IMG/VR virus record: IMGVR_UViG_3300045988_165080
Span: 1 to 61,992 of that record
Length of the DNA: 61,992 nucleotides
Strand: one strand, 5' to 3'
Source of the DNA: a virus
In this document: one piece after another, positions 17,631-25,814 of the stretch
How the letters are laid out: every line of letters begins with the position of its first letter
Numbering within the stretch: position 1 is the first letter of the stretch
Program-made: the position numbers and the translations under genes
The notes under the pieces: generated by a model
What the model saw: only the letters and a program-made list of their open reading frames with translations
What the model was told of the DNA's origin: nothing
Databases searched by the model: none

Positions 17631-18407
17631 ATGTTTACAATAAATGATTTTAAAGTAGAGTTAAAAAATCCAGAAGAAGTAAAAAACTTTGTAAAAAGAC
17701 ATGGAGAATTTAGTAAAGTGTGTTATGATACTCCAAAAGAAAAAGCAGAAAAAGTAGGAGAACATTGCTTAGAAAGTGGACATCTAAGTGGAAGTAGACA
17801 CTTATATATGGTATTTGAATTAGAAAATGTACCTCGCAGCCTAATTGATCAGTTGGTTCGCCATGAACAAGGAGTAGTAAAAAACGTGCAATCTCTTAGA
17901 TATTGCAACAAAAAAGAAGATGTTAATGTATATGTGGCTCCTGAGGTAATGGAAGATGTATATTTAAGAGCAGAAATTATAGGAATAGAGCAAATTATTC
18001 GTAAATCTTACGAAAATATCCAAGCTACACTAAAAGATGCTGGACTAACAGGAGAAAAAAGTAATGAAATAGCCAGAACAATACTACCAATAGGAATAAG
18101 TACAAAATGTAGTTTTGCAGTAAATTTAGAAGGATTAATTCATCTTGCTAATGTTAGACTTTGCAATAGAGCAGAGCTTCCAATTAGAACAATAGTAAAA
18201 GAAATGGTCAAACAAGTAGTAGAAATAGAACCGAGATATAAACCATTCCTTGTGCCTAACTGTAAGAAATTAGGATATTGTCCAGAAGGTAATAAGCATA
18301 GTTGTGGTAGAAAACCTACAAAAGAAGAAATAGATAATAGGGAAGAAAAATATTTAGCTTTAAAAAAATGGTTTACTGAGTTTAAAAAAGAACATGGATA
18401 TGATTAG
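17631..18407 (+). CDS. thyX: ThyX-like flavin-dependent thymidylate synthase (divergent signature)
   Basis: [41 protein letters not shown]. This resembles the ThyX RHRxxSxxxxSxR motif but reads RHE with altered spacing. Confidence 0.75.
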   Translation: MFTINDFKVELKNPEEVKNFVKRHGEFSKVCYDTPKEKAEKVGEHCLESGHLSGSRHLYMVFELENVPRSLIDQLVRHEQGVVKNVQSLRYCNKKEDVNVYVAPEVMEDVYLRAEIIGIEQIIRKSYENIQATLKDAGLTGEKSNEIARTILPIGISTKCSFAVNLEGLIHLANVRLCNRAELPIRTIVKEMVKQVVEIEPRYKPFLVPNCKKLGYCPEGNKHSCGRKPTKEEIDNREEKYLALKKWFTEFKKEHGYD

Positions 18408-18418
18408 GAGAAATAATT

Positions 18419-18868
18419 ATGCGACCAACATGGGACGAGTATTTTATGGAAATTGCTGAAGTAGTAAAGAAACGTTCAACATGTATAAGAAGGCAAGTAG
18501 GAGCAGTTATTGTAAAAGACAAACAAATTCTAGCTACTGGTTATAATGGATCACCTAAAAAATTAAAACATTGTGAAGAAATAGGATGCAAAAGAGAACA
18601 ACTAAAAATACCATCAGGACAAAGACATGAACTTTGCAGAGCTTTACATGCTGAACAAAATGCAATAATTCAAGCAGCACATAATGGAGTAAATATAAAT
18701 CACTCAACATTATATGTAACTACAAAACCTTGTGTATTATGTGCAAAGATGTGTATAAACGCAGGAATAGATAGAATAGTTTATTTAGGAGATTATCCAG
18801 ATGAACTATCAACAGAAATATTAAAAGAGGCAGAAATTGAAGTAGTTAATTTTGATATAAAGGGGTAA
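18419..18868 (+). CDS. dCMP deaminase
   Basis: Zinc motifs HAEQNAI and PCVLCAKM. Confidence 0.85.
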   Translation: MRPTWDEYFMEIAEVVKKRSTCIRRQVGAVIVKDKQILATGYNGSPKKLKHCEEIGCKREQLKIPSGQRHELCRALHAEQNAIIQAAHNGVNINHSTLYVTTKPCVLCAKMCINAGIDRIVYLGDYPDELSTEILKEAEIEVVNFDIKG

Positions 18869-18871
18869 AAA

Positions 18872-19163
18872 ATGAATTTATATTTTGGGTATGAAACTAT
18901 AACTGTGGAAAATAAAAGTAGTTTAGCTAGAAGTATTAGACAAGAGATTAACGAGATAAAAGATGATAAAGAAAAGATAGAAGAATTTAAAAAGAAAATT
19001 TTGTAAAGCTGGAGGCACTGCAAGTAAAAATGCAGTTTCTCCAAAATTAAACATTCCTATGGCGTGGCTTAAAGAAATGGGTATTAATCCAGAAGATAAA
19101 GAAATAACACTTACATTCGATGGAAAGAAAATAATTATAGAAAAGAAGAATATACAACTTTAA
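18872..19163 (+). pseudogene. AbrB/SpoVT-like small gene apparently split by a +1 frameshift
   Basis: ORF 18872-19006 (MNLYFGYETITVENKSS...KKKIL). A shifted frame open from 18981 encodes ...GGTASKNAVSPKLNIPMAWLKEMGINPEDKEITLTFDGKKIIIEKK and ends at 19163. Confidence 0.35.
18887..18909 (+). repeat. Solo copy of the 23-nt ISL3 left inverted repeat
   Basis: gggtatgaaactataactgtgga is identical to 21939-21961. Confidence 0.7.
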
Positions 19164-19235
19164 TTAAAATTAATTGAAAACTTAGAATAAGTATATTATA
19201 ATTATATTAAGATGCAAATATTGTATTAAAGTAAA

Positions 19236-19263
19236 GGCAGTCTTTTCAGGACTGTCTTTTTTT
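19236..19263 (+). terminator. Intrinsic terminator
   Basis: Stem ggcagtc/gactgtc followed by T7. Confidence 0.7.
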
Positions 19264-19291
19264 ATGTTAAATTAAAAAGGAGATATGTGAA

Positions 19292-20209
19292 ATGTCAAAA
19301 GAAGTTCTAATAGTGAATTCAGAAACAGAAGATCTCCTAGATAATTTCAATTTAAAAGATGATGAAGAGTTAGTGATTCAAAAACAGGCGAAAAAACTAA
19401 CTCCAAAACAAAAAAGATTAATTAACGAAAAAAATGATTTAAAGAAGTTTTGCAACAAGCAAGGAGGCTTTGTTCATATGTTTTATATAAATGGAAAGCT
19501 ATTATTTCATGATTTAAATATAGATAGACCAAATATATCTAGATTAATATATTTAGCTACTTATTTAGATTATAATGATAGACAAGCCAATTTACTTATA
19601 AAATATGGTAAAAACAAAGTTATTCATGCCATGACTAGAGAAGAAATGAGAAAACTGCTTAAACTAAGTGTAACAGTATTTGATTCATTCTTGTCTCAAA
19701 TGAAAGAAAACAATATTATTTATGAGGTTAACAATAAATTTTATATTGATCCAAAATATTTTAGTAAAGGTAAGCGTGATAATGACAAATCTTTTACAAG
19801 AGTGTTTATTTCAACAACTCGACATATTTATGAAAATTGCACACCTAGACAACATAAAACACTTAGTTATATATACCAACTTATTCCGTATATGAATTTT
19901 GAACTTAACATATTATGTAGAAATCCATTAGAAAGTGAATTTACAAGGCTTAAAAAACTAAATTCAGAAGATATTTGTAAATTACTAGAAATATCAACTA
20001 GCAAACAAAGTATATATAAATTTAGAGAAAGTTTAAAAAAATTTCATATAAAAATAGATGGGCGAAAATACTATCTTATTTCTTATGTGAAGGTTGCTAA
20101 TGGATATGGAATAAAAGATTATTATGTAATAAATCCAGCTGTAATATGGGGAGGAAATAGCCTAGAAGAGAATAGAAAAACTCTTTCATGGCTTTTTTTT
20201 AATGCTTAA
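19292..20209 (+). CDS. Hypothetical protein, possibly tandem winged-helix DNA-binding
   Basis: 305-aa ORF with RBS aaaggag. It is its own transcription unit between a terminator and the late operon. Confidence 0.45.
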   Translation: MSKEVLIVNSETEDLLDNFNLKDDEELVIQKQAKKLTPKQKRLINEKNDLKKFCNKQGGFVHMFYINGKLLFHDLNIDRPNISRLIYLATYLDYNDRQANLLIKYGKNKVIHAMTREEMRKLLKLSVTVFDSFLSQMKENNIIYEVNNKFYIDPKYFSKGKRDNDKSFTRVFISTTRHIYENCTPRQHKTLSYIYQLIPYMNFELNILCRNPLESEFTRLKKLNSEDICKLLEISTSKQSIYKFRESLKKFHIKIDGRKYYLISYVKVANGYGIKDYYVINPAVIWGGNSLEENRKTLSWLFFNA

Positions 20210-20227
20210 AATTAGGCCTTTAAAACA

Positions 20228-20275
20228 AAAAAGTAAACTTTTTACGGGGAAAAAATGGCAAAAAGTAAACTTTTT
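20228..20275. promoter_or_regulatory. Two identical 16-bp palindromes AAAAAGT-AA-ACTTTTT spaced 32 bp apart
   Basis: Copies at 20228-20243 and 20260-20275, upstream of the ERCC4/terS late operon. Confidence 0.5.
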
Positions 20276-20434
20276 ATAAGAAAGCTAAATTAAGTAATAT
20301 CAACATTTAGAACCTATTTTTAGAGTTTGTTAGTTATATATTATATACAGAACAGAATTTCTCTTAATTGCCTACGGCATAAACCTTTGTAATTGTTGCA
20401 ATTTCAATGTTTTTAGCTTATAGAAGGGGATAAT

Positions 20435-20944
20435 ATGAAAATAAAAATAGAAGATTATGAAATTATATGCGATACAAGGGAACAGGATACATTAATTCAA
20501 GATACTCTTATAAAAAAAGGAATAAAAACAGCTAGAGAAAAATTAGATACTGGAGATTATGCTATTAGATATCAAGGAGAATATATACCTAATATTTTAA
20601 TAGAAAGAAAAGCAAACCTAGATGAATTGCTAGGAAATCTATTAGATTCAGTAAAAGATGAAAATAAAGACAACCGTTTTATAAGAGAATTAAAAAGAGC
20701 AAAAGAATCAGGAGTTAAATTATTCTTACTTATACAAGATAAGGATTATTATATTAAACTCCTAAAAGGTGAGTATATAAGCAATGTTCATCCTAACGCT
20801 AGCGCGGCTATGGTAATCTCATTAATGGCTAAATTTGATAATCTTCATATTATTGCATGTAATAGAAAAGAATCACCTTCAATGGTACATAAAATTTTAT
20901 ATTATCACCTAAGAGAAGAAATAAAAAGAAAGGAGGGTAATTGA
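20435..20944 (+). CDS. ERCC4/XPF-Mus81-type nuclease domain protein
   Basis: GDYAI...IERKANLDELLGNL, matching the GDxn-ERKxxxD signature. Confidence 0.65.
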   Translation: MKIKIEDYEIICDTREQDTLIQDTLIKKGIKTAREKLDTGDYAIRYQGEYIPNILIERKANLDELLGNLLDSVKDENKDNRFIRELKRAKESGVKLFLLIQDKDYYIKLLKGEYISNVHPNASAAMVISLMAKFDNLHIIACNRKESPSMVHKILYYHLREEIKRKEGN

Positions 20945-20946
20945 TT

Positions 20947-21408
20947 ATGCCACGAGAAAAAGATTCTAGGTTAACAGAAGACCAATTAATTGCAGCAGAA
21001 TTATTAGTGTATGGTGCAACTAATAAAGAAGTAGCAGACCAATTAGATGTTTGTGAAAAAACTATAATGCGCTGGAAGAAAAGACCAGAATTCATGGAAG
21101 AACTTGATAGACAATATGAAGTTGCTAAAAATAAAGTTGACAATCGTATAATGAAATTCTCTAATCAACTTTTACAAAATATTCTCGACCTATCAAGATC
21201 AGCTAAGAGCGAGAAGGTTAGACTAGATGCAAGCATATACTTACTTAATAGATTGGCTGGTGCTCCAATTTCAAAAGTGGAAACTAAAACAGTTATTACT
21301 CCTGAAACTGAAAAAGAAAATAATAATGAGCCTTCTTGGGATGATTTTAATGATTCAGATGTTATAGAAGGGAATGTAATAGATATAACAGATAGTGAAA
21401 TATCATAA
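20947..21408 (+). CDS. Terminase small subunit
   Basis: N-terminal HTH LIAAELLVYGATNKEVADQLDVCEKTIMRWKKRPEF, an acidic tail, and position at the head of the late region. Confidence 0.6.
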   Translation: MPREKDSRLTEDQLIAAELLVYGATNKEVADQLDVCEKTIMRWKKRPEFMEELDRQYEVAKNKVDNRIMKFSNQLLQNILDLSRSAKSEKVRLDASIYLLNRLAGAPISKVETKTVITPETEKENNNEPSWDDFNDSDVIEGNVIDITDSEIS

Positions 21409-21419
21409 GAGGGAATGTA

Positions 21420-21900
21420 GGGGGGCGCTTATCGCGGTCCATATTTACGAGGTGTTGCCCTTAAAAAACTATTTAAATAGTTGATTTAATAATATTAAGC
21501 TATAAGAACTATTAAGAGAAGGAATATATTACCAATAGAATAAGGACAAACAAGACAAAGTGCAACGTCTTAGAGGGGCGCACAAGAGGTGTAAGGCAAT
21601 AGACTGAACATTAAGACTAGTATAATAGAAGATAGTAGTATTAATAGTGTTCTATATAGTATCAATACTTATAAGTTATGATACACTTCGACATAGTAAG
21701 TGATATCAATATGTTTACTTGTCTTATAACTTAGTGTCATAAGTAACAAGGCAAAACAAGGGCCTCTCGGTGGGGTAGGGTACTCCAGGTAAGGGGGCGG
21801 TGCATTCTATACCCTAGTATTTTCAACGCGTGCGCCAAGCCACAGAGAACTGCTCAGCAAAAAATGAGACTTGAGGGGAAAATGAAACCTCAAAAAAAAT
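21420..21900. ncRNA. Candidate large structured non-coding RNA (class unknown; ROOL/GOLLD-like is a hypothesis)
   Basis: About 530 nt lack an ORF of 60 aa or more on either strand. G/C runs are unusual for this genome. Long-range complementarity: GAGG..GCCCTT (21457-21470) with AAGGGCCTC (21766-21774), and GGCGCAC (21585-21591) with GTGCGCC (21829-21835). Local hairpins lie at 21646-21676, 21684-21750 and about 21784-21825 (tagggta/tacccta). Confidence 0.3.
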
Positions 21901-22087
21901 CCTACAAAAAATTTTTTGGAAACTTGAGAAAAAATAAAGGGTATGAAACTATAACTGTGGATTAATAAGAAAACGTACTTTGACAAGTGAATATAAAATT
22001 TATTACTTAAAATAACTTTAACTGTGGAAATTATAACTTTAACTGTGGTATAATATTAATAAATAATAATACACAGGAGGAAATAAA

Positions 22088-22273
22088 ATGACAGGTAATA
22101 AAAAAATAATAACAGTAAAAGAATTTGCTGAAATGTATGGTTTTGGACTTAGATATGCATATGAAATGGTACACACTGTAGGTTTTCCAATGATAAGAAC
22201 AGGTAAAAAAATAAATATATTAGTTGATAAAGTAGATGCCTGGTTGGAAGAAAATATAGGCAAAACATTCTAA
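22088..22273 (+). CDS. Excisionase-family (MerR-like) HTH DNA-binding protein
   Basis: ITVKEFAEMYGFGLRYAYEMVHTVGFPMIRTGKKINILVDKVDAWLEEN. Confidence 0.6.
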   Translation: MTGNKKIITVKEFAEMYGFGLRYAYEMVHTVGFPMIRTGKKINILVDKVDAWLEENIGKTF

Positions 22274-22315
22274 CCTTAATAATAGATTTATTCTTTAGCG
22301 AATAGAGGTGATGAT

Positions 22316-22810
22316 ATGACTATAGGGGAAAAAATCAAATCATTAAGAAAGGATAAAAAAATAACTCAAAAACAATTATCTGAATTAATTGATAAAAATG
22401 TAAGAACTATACAAAAATACGAATCGGGCGAAATAATACCACCTTTGGAGATGTTAATAGAAATATCAGTAGTTTTAAATGTTCCAATGGAGTATTTTGT
22501 TGATTTAGATGAAGTAAAAACAAAGTATGTAGATAAGTTAAAAGACATGAAAGAATTCTTACAAAACAGAGAAGGTTGGGATTTAAAAGAACTTATACAA
22601 GATATGTCAGAAAAGACGAACCTTCTTAAATGCAATTCATTTAATTGTGATTTATCTATTGCATTAGATGAGTGCAGTATAATTTGGGGAACATTAGATG
22701 GACAAGCTGACTTCTTATGTGGATTAGATGATTTTATAGATAAATATACTGAAATTTTTATAAAAAATATATGCAATTTAATAGACTCATACAAAAATAC
22801 AAATTACTAG
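22316..22810 (+). CDS. XRE-family HTH regulator with a C-terminal domain of unknown function
   Basis: IGEKIKSLRKDKKITQKQLSELIDKNVRTIQKYESGEIIPPLEMLIEISVVLNVPMEYF. Confidence 0.7.
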   Translation: MTIGEKIKSLRKDKKITQKQLSELIDKNVRTIQKYESGEIIPPLEMLIEISVVLNVPMEYFVDLDEVKTKYVDKLKDMKEFLQNREGWDLKELIQDMSEKTNLLKCNSFNCDLSIALDECSIIWGTLDGQADFLCGLDDFIDKYTEIFIKNICNLIDSYKNTNY

Positions 22811-22826
22811 AAAGAGAATAGACAAC

Positions 22827-24140
22827 ATGAATATACTAAATTTACCAGAATTTGAAGTTTTAGACACAATACAAGATGACCACGATATGACGGTAATAGT
22901 AAGACCAGTTAAAGAGCCTGTAGCTTGCCCAGAGTGTGGTGGAGTTGAATATTATAAGCATGGCAAATCAAAACGATTTGTAAGGGATTTAAACAGCTTT
23001 GGGAAACGTGTAGGGATTGAAATACATACACATAGATATAAATGTAGATACTGTGATACAACATTTAGCCAACATTATGAAAGCATAGACGATAGAGATA
23101 AAATCACTATTCGTTTAAGAGAACAGATAGAAAAAGAATCTCTTAAAAAGCCGTTTGCTAATATAGCAGAGGAATATAGTATCTCTCCTACTACAGTAAA
23201 GAGAATATTTAATGCTTACATAGAAAGGCTAGAAAAGGATATGACCTTCCTTACTCCAGTTATACTAGGGATAGACGAAGCACATCTAAATAAAAGCATG
23301 AGAGCCGTTTACACCGATATAATTGGACGTAAGGTATTGAATATCCAGCCAAGCCGTAAGAAATCCGATGTAAAGGATTTTTTAAGCAAATTGCCTAACA
23401 AGGAGAATATAGAAGTAGTAACCATAGATATGTGGAGATACTACAAAGAGGCAGTCTATGAGGAGTTGCCAAAAGCCAAAGTAATCGTTGACAGATTCCA
23501 TGTAATACAATTAGTTAATAATGCTTTAGAAGGTGAGAGAAAGTCATTTAAAGGCTCTCTAGACAGAAAGCAAAGGTCTAAGTTGTTAAAAGATAGATTC
23601 TTGCTATTAAGGAATAAGGAAGATTTAGAACCTAAACAGATTTGGGATATGCAGCTAATGTTTCTAGATTTTCCACAGTTAAAGTTAGCTTATGAATTGA
23701 AGGAACAATTCAGAGATATCTATAAACATGATAATCGAGAAGATGCTTTAAAGGCTTATGAGGACTGGAAGAAAGCAGTTCCAAAGGATATGAAATACTA
23801 TCAAGATGTTATTAAAACAGTTGATAACTGGCAGTATGAGATATTTAACTACTTTACTTGTAGAATCACAAATGCTTATACAGAGAGTTTAAATAACTTG
23901 ATTAAGAACATCGAGAAAGCTGGGAGAGGTTACTCATTTGAAGTGCTTAGAGCAAAGGTGTTATTCGGTACAAGTGCTACTAGAAAACCTAAATATACAA
24001 GAGCAAATACAAGTAACAAAACATATACATTTACTACGGCATTTAGTTGGAATGATTTCGTAGGAAGTACAAAATTAACAGAAGGTTTCGGAGTAGATAT
24101 TCCACAACTACTAGAGGTATTAGAGAGTGATAAATTTTAA
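22827..24140 (+). CDS. ISL3-family transposase
   Basis: MNILNLPEFEV N-terminus, zinc finger CPECGG...CRYCDTTF and a DDE domain (GIDEAH...ITIDMW...DRFHV). Confidence 0.9.
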   Translation: MNILNLPEFEVLDTIQDDHDMTVIVRPVKEPVACPECGGVEYYKHGKSKRFVRDLNSFGKRVGIEIHTHRYKCRYCDTTFSQHYESIDDRDKITIRLREQIEKESLKKPFANIAEEYSISPTTVKRIFNAYIERLEKDMTFLTPVILGIDEAHLNKSMRAVYTDIIGRKVLNIQPSRKKSDVKDFLSKLPNKENIEVVTIDMWRYYKEAVYEELPKAKVIVDRFHVIQLVNNALEGERKSFKGSLDRKQRSKLLKDRFLLLRNKEDLEPKQIWDMQLMFLDFPQLKLAYELKEQFRDIYKHDNREDALKAYEDWKKAVPKDMKYYQDVIKTVDNWQYEIFNYFTCRITNAYTESLNNLIKNIEKAGRGYSFEVLRAKVLFGTSATRKPKYTRANTSNKTYTFTTAFSWNDFVGSTKLTEGFGVDIPQLLEVLESDKF

Positions 24141-24192
24141 TTCACTCTCTTTTCTTTTCCACAATTAAAGTTATATACCCAAAATAAAAAGC

Positions 24193-24351
24193 CTACTTAA
24201 CAGTAGACTCTTTAAGAAGTTGAATAGCTTTATCTAAAAGTTTAGATATTGGAACAGATGATTGGTTAGAATATTCTTTAAGCCATTGATACAACTCTTT
24301 ATCAATAGCGGAACCAATTGGAACTCTGTTTTTTAAATCTTTTCTTGCCAA
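24193..24351 (-). CDS. Ribbon-helix-helix (CopG/Arc-like) protein, not in the supplied ORF track
   Basis: TTG start after RBS gaggtg. Sequence LARKDLKNRVPIGSAIDKELYQWLKEYSNQSSVPISKLLDKAIQLLKESTVK. Confidence 0.5.
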   Translation of the reverse strand: MARKDLKNRVPIGSAIDKELYQWLKEYSNQSSVPISKLLDKAIQLLKESTVK

Positions 24352-24382
24352 AATAATCACCTCGAGTTAATTATAAAATATA

Positions 24383-24412
24383 TTACAACTGATTACAACT
24401 GATTGTAACTGA
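24383..24412. promoter_or_regulatory. Three tandem 10-bp repeats TTACAACTGA/TTACAACTGA/TTGTAACTGA (operator-like)
   Basis: Lie between the divergent RHH gene and the GIY-YIG gene. One repeat per helical turn. Confidence 0.5.
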
Positions 24413-24452
24413 TATAAGTTTGTAATATAATATAATTAAGAGGTGAGATAGA

Positions 24453-25715
24453 ATGTATTTTGGAATTTACTCAATAACAAATGTAGTAACAGGTGATATG
24501 TATATAGGACAAACAATCCAAGATTTTGAAAAAAGATGGAAAAGCCATATAAGTGCTTTAAATAGAGGTAATCATGATAATGAATATCTTCAAAGAAGTT
24601 GGAATAAATATGGAGAAGATGCTTTTAAGTTTAAAGCTATACATTATTGTGATGAACTTGACATTTTAAATGATTTAGAAAAGTATTATATAAAAAAATA
24701 TGATACTTATAATAATGGATTTAATATGACAGAAGGTGGAGACTATTTTCTAAATGAAATTCCAGAAGAAATACGAAAGAAAAGATTAGAAAATTTAAAG
24801 AAAGTAAATAGAGAAAGAAGTGATTATACAGAGCATCAAATTGCTAAGGTTAAGGAAATGTTGTCAGTGCTAGAAAATAATCCAATCTCTATAAAGAAAA
24901 TATCTAAATTAACTGGAGTTAGAGAAAATATCATTTATAGCATTAAAAATCTTGACTCTTGGATAGATGTGAGATCCGATTTAAATGAAAAAATCAAACA
25001 ATTAAATTTTATAGAGTGTAGAAATAAAAAAATTATAGAGGATTTATATTCTTATAATTATTCTTTAGAAGAACTTTGTAATAAATATAATCTTGCAGAA
25101 AATAGCATTAGAACTATTTTTTACAAAGAAAAAATAAAAGATTATGGTAAAGTTTTTAAAGATGTGAAAAATACTCGAATGAAACAAAAATTTTTAAAAG
25201 GAATGGAAAAAGGTATCGAAACGTTTATAGATATGGAAAATTTTACCGGACATTCGAGATATACACTTGAAAAAATGTGTGAAAGAGAAGGATTACAAGA
25301 ACAATGTAAAAAGCTAAGAAAAATAAGAAATAAAAATATGTATAAGAGCAAAGAAAAAGGAGTTAATTATGATATTAAAAGGAAAAGTTGGTTTTTAAGA
25401 ATAAATTTTAATGGCAAACAGATACCAATAGGTCATTTTAAAACAGAAAAAGATGCTATAGATGCAAAACAACAGTTAATTCCACATATAAAAACTAATG
25501 ATTATACTTCTATATTAGCAATAAAAGCTAAATATAGTAAAAAAGTTACTCCTAAGAAAACTATTAAAGCAATAAACATAAAAGATAATTCAGAAGAAAT
25601 TATTGAAGGAATAGGAGTTTGTGCAAGAAAACTTGATATTCCAAGAAAAAGCATAGAAAAAGTGTTACAAGGAAAACAAAAAACAACTTATGGATATACA
25701 TTTGCATATGTTTAA
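24453..25715 (+). CDS. GIY-YIG homing endonuclease with a C-terminal AP2-like DNA-binding domain
   Basis: GIYSITNVVTGDMYIGQT...RWKSH and KGVNYDIKRKSWFLRINFNGKQIPIGHFKTEKDAIDAKQ. Confidence 0.85.
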   Translation: MYFGIYSITNVVTGDMYIGQTIQDFEKRWKSHISALNRGNHDNEYLQRSWNKYGEDAFKFKAIHYCDELDILNDLEKYYIKKYDTYNNGFNMTEGGDYFLNEIPEEIRKKRLENLKKVNRERSDYTEHQIAKVKEMLSVLENNPISIKKISKLTGVRENIIYSIKNLDSWIDVRSDLNEKIKQLNFIECRNKKIIEDLYSYNYSLEELCNKYNLAENSIRTIFYKEKIKDYGKVFKDVKNTRMKQKFLKGMEKGIETFIDMENFTGHSRYTLEKMCEREGLQEQCKKLRKIRNKNMYKSKEKGVNYDIKRKSWFLRINFNGKQIPIGHFKTEKDAIDAKQQLIPHIKTNDYTSILAIKAKYSKKVTPKKTIKAINIKDNSEEIIEGIGVCARKLDIPRKSIEKVLQGKQKTTYGYTFAYV

Positions 25716-25814
25716 ATGTTAAAAACAAATATTTAAAGTCCATAAATAGGTTTACAACTTTTAAGACTTATGATACAATATAAGTATAAAAGATAATCAT
25801 AGGGGGTTGTAAAT

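Larger units (their letters stand above)
21939..24180 (+). mobile_element. ISL3-family insertion sequence (2242 bp) with two passenger regulator genes
   Basis: IRL gggtatgaaactataactgtgga versus the complement of IRR gggtatataactttaattgtgga (19/23 match). 8-bp target duplication AAAATAAA at 21931-21938 and 24181-24188. Two further IR-like direct repeats ataactttaactgtgg lie at 22012 and 22033. Confidence 0.75.

Noticed and set aside
21420-21450. G/C-rich run (gtaggggggcgcttatcgcgg) after terS considered as a cos site
   Set aside because: The portal, gp7-like and TerL genes look SPP1-like (headful packaging), and I have no end-sequence data. The point stays unresolved rather than called, and the region is reported as a candidate RNA instead.
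21409-21938. Group I or group II intron
   Set aside because: No split host gene flanks the region, since terS ends with a normal stop. The GTGCG at 21829 is internal rather than at a boundary, and no intron-encoded ORF or domain V-like sequence was recognised.
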